DNA from: Antedon mediterranea
Lineage: Eukaryota > Animalia > Echinodermata
Length of the DNA stretch: 64,000 bases
Reading direction: 5' to 3'
NCBI RefSeq assembly: GCF_964355755.1
Contig: NC_092671.1
Span: 10,416,001-10,480,000, forward strand
Part shown: piece after piece, positions 58,992 to 64,000 of the stretch
Numbering within the stretch: the stretch's first letter is position 1
How the letters are laid out: each line of letters starts with the position of its first letter
Made by a program: the position numbers and the translations under genes
The notes under the pieces: model-generated
Seen by the model: only the letters and a program-made list of their open reading frames with translations
Told to the model about the DNA's origin: nothing
Databases searched by the model: none

Positions 58992-60113
58992 AGAAACAAC
59001 ATTCATCATCGTTATCACCACCACCACCAATCGCGGGCGCTCAAACCACCACGTGAACTACGGACGATATCGAGGCGGCGACAAAGAAATATAAATAATT
59101 TCAAACATTAATTTAGCTATAGCGTTATGGTTCTTAATGTGTACATGTTTCAGTCAACGGTTCGTGTTGTCAATAATATTTTCAAGTATGTTTCAGTATT
59201 TATTTTCACTTTCCTGGTAATGCAATCTTCAAAATTCCGTTGCGTTTTGTTCCCAAATATTAGGAATGCTTCAAAATGTACATTCAAATCATGGAGCATG
59301 TTCAAATCCAATGGTTCCGTTAACACAATTATTGATGTCTGACCTTGTTAATAATCCTACCAATTTGTCTGAACCAGATGAGAATGTCTTTAGTCTAACA
59401 CGCGTGTTTACAAGCTAAAGCACTAATCCACATATATGTCGACTTATTTTTTCTTTATTGACCATGCTTACATTTTAATTTAAGTAATTGACATTATTTT
59501 ATTTAATATATTCCATTTTACTTCCATGGTTGGTTATATTCTGTTATAACAACCGTATTACAACTGTCGTTTAAATTAGGCTTAGACCTACATGACGAAA
59601 ATTAACTTAAGGTAGGTTTGGATTGGAACTAGTCATAGCTCAATAGCTAGCTTAAACGACTAAACACATGGAACAGATGGGATAGATATAAAAAATTGGC
59701 CCATCTAATAACTTCTTCGCCTTAAACCATGATCAAGAACCCCCTGCAAACAAATGTTAAATGAGTCCCTTAAAAAACTGTAATTGGTGTAAGCTTGTTT
59801 ATGACATGTACATTAAATTGGCAGTTTTCGACAATTAGAGTCCTAATTTTGCCACTGATTTGCTCAGGGCTTTTGCTCCCAATAAATTGTATGTTAAACA
59901 AATCATGGAGGTCTAAACATCCTCTTAAGGGACGATGAAATTTACTTTATACTAGGTAGAAATACGCTCACGATAAAAAATGTACTGTAAGAGATCATTA
60001 TAAATTTTATTTGAAATAATAAAAATAGGCCTATGGGTTTGTAATAATTACAACCTCAAAACAGCAATTTAGAACTCGGTTTGTATGATCGCCCTTTAAG
60101 CTAGGATCATCTC

Positions 60114-63100
60114 TCAGTATTTCAGTATTCAGTATTTATTGGTACTCACTTTCGAATCAGTGGCACACACCTTTCGGTGGTGCGTCCATACAAATATAAA
60201 CAACAACATATAAAAGGTAAATGATGATAAAACTTACATAATTAACTTACATTGGAAAAAAAAACAAAAACAAAAACAAAAACAAATGTACAGTAGTAAT
60301 TGCACACTTGAGTAGATACTTAAAAACAATTGTATAACGAGCAAATCAATAAATCGATGCAATAGGTCAGTAGTAAATACACGTTAGGGCCTACTTACAA
60401 AATTCAGACAGAAAAAAAAATACTTATACATAGTAAATAAAAAAAACAAACTAAAAAACAAAACAAAAACAAAAACAAAAAAAAAACAGAATAAAGGTAC
60501 AATAGGTGAACAGTATAAATAATACATAATCATGATAAAATTACTACGGTACATAAATCGAAATAAGCACAAATATATGTTTATATGTACTTGATATTAT
60601 AGATATAGCAAACAGCAAGTACAAGATTTTATTTGTTTAATGATTAGTTATTGGTATATCTAACTGGTCTATCAATAAACTAAATAAGCTAAAATGTCTG
60701 ACTGAAAAAAAAAAACAAAAAAAAAAACTTATACATAGAAAATAAAACTAAAAAACAATTGGATAACAGTATAACGATACAATAGGTCAAAAGTATAAAT
60801 AATACATAATCATGATTATTTTTACAAAAATCGAGATAAACACAAATATATGTTTATATGTATTTGAAGTTAGATAAGCAAATAAACTAGTTTATCAATG
60901 TAAAAGCCAAATAGGCTAATTATTGCGGTAATGTTGGTAATTTCTTATATATATCTAACCTGGTATCCCAGGCACTTTGTAGGTATTTTTTACAAGCCAA
61001 GTCAAAAATTTCCCCAAGAACAACGTTTTCATTATATAAATTGTCTAATAATGCTTACAATGCTTTTATCAACACTTTCAAAAAATTATATAATAAAAAC
61101 TTTAAAAAAAAAGAAAAAGTTCAAGAAAATCACAAAAAGTATAAAAAGTTCAAACAACCATGGATGAGCTCAAGACTCTTAAAGTCTAGCAAAAGAAAAC
61201 ATGTGTTGTACAACAAATTTATAAAACATCCCTCGTCTAAAAATAAGGATATTTATAAAGAGTTTAATAAGTCATTTATGCGTACATGCAAAACGGCAAA
61301 GAAATCATATTATGAAAATGTTTTTAACAATACTAAAGGAAATAAAAAAAAAAACATGGAATATTATAAATGATATTATAAATCCAGGTGGAGGCAAAAA
61401 TAATGTTCCATCCACTTTTACATCTGGTGACAAACTCATAGAGGGTTGTGAGCCTATTGCAAACCACATTAACGATTATTTTATTAATGTTGGTCTCAAG
61501 GTACGAGACAGTATTGAGCCATCAACGGCACAATACTCTGATTACCTGCTAAACAGGCAAAGTAACTCTATGTTTTTCTACCATGTAAATGAGGAGGAAG
61601 TGTTAAAAGTGATTCAATCACTTGATGCAAACAAAACACCTGGTTTTGATAATATTTCACCAAAGGTAGTCAAGGCAGTTGGTGATGCTATTGTAAAGCC
61701 CTTGACTTATATATTCAACGTATCTCTTCACTCCGGCTCAATACCGGAACAGATAAAAATTGCAAAAGTAATTCCCATATATAAAAAAGGGGACCGTCAT
61801 TTAGCCTCGAATTATCGCCCGATATCACTACTACCAATTTTCTCTAAAATCTTTGAAAAGATAGTCCATTCCAGATTGTATAATTACTTTAAAACTTACA
61901 ATAGGCCTATACTAAATGATTGGCAATACGGCTTCCGAAACAATCATTCAACCTCCCACGCTATAATTGATCTGATCCACAAAATACTAAAGGCATTTGA
62001 AAACAAAGAGTTCGTAATTGCCACATTTATGGATTTGTCAAAGGCATTTGATATTATTGACCACAGTATCTTACTGAACAAGCTATTCCACTATGGTATA
62101 AGAGGTGTTACACTAAAATGGTTCAGTAACTACTTAAAATCACGAAAGCAATATGTTTTTATAAATGGTACTTCGTCTAATATTAAGGAGACTAGTATTG
62201 GTGTTCCACAAGGGTCCGTTTTGGGACCTTTGTTGTTTCTTGTATATGTAAACGATATATGTAACTCAAGTACACAAATTGAATTAATTAGCTTTGCCGA
62301 TGATACAACAAGTGTGGAAATAACCTGAACGCATTGGCAAACACTATGAATGTGGAACTAGATAGAATTAATATGTGGTTCAAAGCTAATAAACTTTTAT
62401 TAAACACCAGCAAAACAAATTACGTAATCTTTAAAACTGCCCAAAGGCGTATTATTACAACCAACATTGAATTGAAAATGAATAACATTACTTTAGAACA
62501 ACAAAAAAATGTAACATTTCTTGGGGTTGTAATAAATGAGAACCTTTGCTGGAAAAATCATATAAGGCTTATTAGCAAAAAAACCGCTAGGTCTATTGGA
62601 ATATTGATAAAAACTAGACATTTTTTTCCTAATTATATTTTAACAAATTTGTATAATACATTAATTCTACCGCACCTTCAGTATGGAAACATTATTTGGG
62701 GCAGTACATATGATAGTACACTAGAATCCCTTCTTAAACTCCAGAAAAAGGCTGCTAGAATAATTTTATTTAAAAAGCCATGGCAACATTCTGAGCCACT
62801 GTTTAAGCAATTAAATATACTTAACATACAAGATATCAACAGAGTTACCGTCCTAGGTTTCATGGCCCAGATTAAAAGCAATGTTTTACCCAGACGAATC
62901 CAAATGATATTCAAAAGAAACGAAAATACTACCCATAATCTTCGAAATATTTGTAGCGTAAAACAACCATACTCTAGGTTAACGTCTGGTCAACATTTTA
63001 TCAGTATTCACGGACCGAAACTATGGAACGAGCTCTGTAGAAATCACTTAGATATTGTTAACAAAAATTATAAAATACTAAAAAAATATGTAAAAAGAGA

Positions 63101-64000
63101 CATTTTATCGAATTACAGAACTTAAAATGCTTCACTCATAAAATATAGATGCATATATTATGCATTTGTGTTGGTGTGTGCGAGTATACACACATAGTAC
63201 AAATAATCATGTTAAAAAAACAGTATCGATTTTTGATGATGAACAACTCTAAAATGTATATAGGAATGTTTTTTTTTTATTTTGTATCTATTATGTTGTG
63301 TTTATTGTTTTATGTTTTTTATGTAAAAGGGTCCTGCGAAAACAGAAGTGTAAACTTCTCTATGCAGGATCCTTGCCATCATTTATGCTATGAAACTGTA
63401 TTTATAAACGATGAGTAAATAAATGTGAATTGAATAACAAATGTAATTTCATTTCAGAGGTTCCTTCGTAGAAAGATTTGCAATAATGTTCAAACCCGTT
63501 ATTCATTAATTGTAATTTCATTGGGTAGAAGATTTCTTCTCTTAATTTACTAAATGTATTACATTCTAACATAAAGTGTGCGATAGTTTTAGTGTCATTA
63601 TTGCAGAGTGCACACATACCCGTACTCGTGGGTGACCATGACTGTTTCCTACCTTCAAGGTTTAGAGAGTTCGATCTCGCCTTAAATTTCAAACAACTTC
63701 TTTTAAAGTCATTTTTGTAAAGAAGGTATGGTTCTAGTATCGGTTTATTCTTGTACAATATATATTGTGTCAGAGATGATTTTGATTGTGCTCTCTTCTG
63801 CCATTCGTTATTATCGATATCTTTGTTCTTGCATTTAGGCCTAAATTGAGTTAACCAATTACCAGGTGATTCGTTGGTGAACATATCACCCATGTTACAT
63901 TTATGTAAGGCTTCTTTAACCTGATTTAACCATCCCCATTTTAATTTATCTTCAAGAATGTTTATGGCGTTAAAAATCACATTGGACCATCTGTCCTTCT
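60114..64000 (-). mobile_element. Non-LTR retrotransposon 3' part (C-terminal CCHC knuckle, RTEX/L2-like), interrupted by another LINE
   Basis: The ORF piece ending at 63433 has FKARSNSLNLE..CALC..HFMLEC..EMKLHLL. It continues at 61051-60920 as LDNLYNENVVLGEIFDLACKKYLQSAWDTR..*. AATAAA and an (ACTGAAT)n tail lie at 60140-60114. Confidence 0.8.
61052..63432 (+). mobile_element. 5'-truncated, frameshifted CR1/L2-group (Crack/Daphne-like) LINE with reverse transcriptase
   Basis: Motifs KTPGFD, NYRPISLL, QYGFR, FMDLSKAFD, GVPQGSVLGPLLF and FADDT. Frameshifts in the A-run near 61350 and near 62310. 3' stem-loop GGGTCCTGC..GCAGGATCC at 63329-63372, tail AATAAATGTGAATTG and flanking AATAA repeats. 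Confidence 0.92.

Overview
This is an AT-rich, intron-rich animal genomic window, probably from a marine invertebrate deuterostome (inferred). It has no prokaryotic features. Hand-spliced genes: (1) a 12-exon C2CD6/CATSPERT (CatSper-tau)-like gene at 138-5442 (+) with a U12-type intron; (2) five tandem intronless class A GPCR paralogs at 6105-16121 (-), one with a 4-bp frameshift; (3) xylulose kinase XYLB at 18059-24798 (+); (4) a large EML/EMAP-family gene at about 34621-58074 (+), with N-terminal EF-hands, a linker of about 14 symmetric phase-1 exons, and HELP + WD40 domains. Introns and intergenic DNA hold many non-autonomous transposons: about 13 copies of one Harbinger-like MITE, other TIR MITEs, a Helitron, an IS3EU-like foldback, a bipartite RTE, a SINE and two nested LINEs. 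Three signals are the most unusual. First, a pervasive TA-GGCC-TA micro-insertion, shown to be an insertion by empty/filled repeat pairs in the window, which piles up just after first exons. Second, tiny CAT...ATG hairpins with 7-bp target duplications, one with exact 17+17-bp arms matching P-element excision chemistry. Third, an intact minimal hammerhead ribozyme antisense in an EML intron. Gene and family names come from recalled motifs, not database searches, and all coordinates were read by eye.
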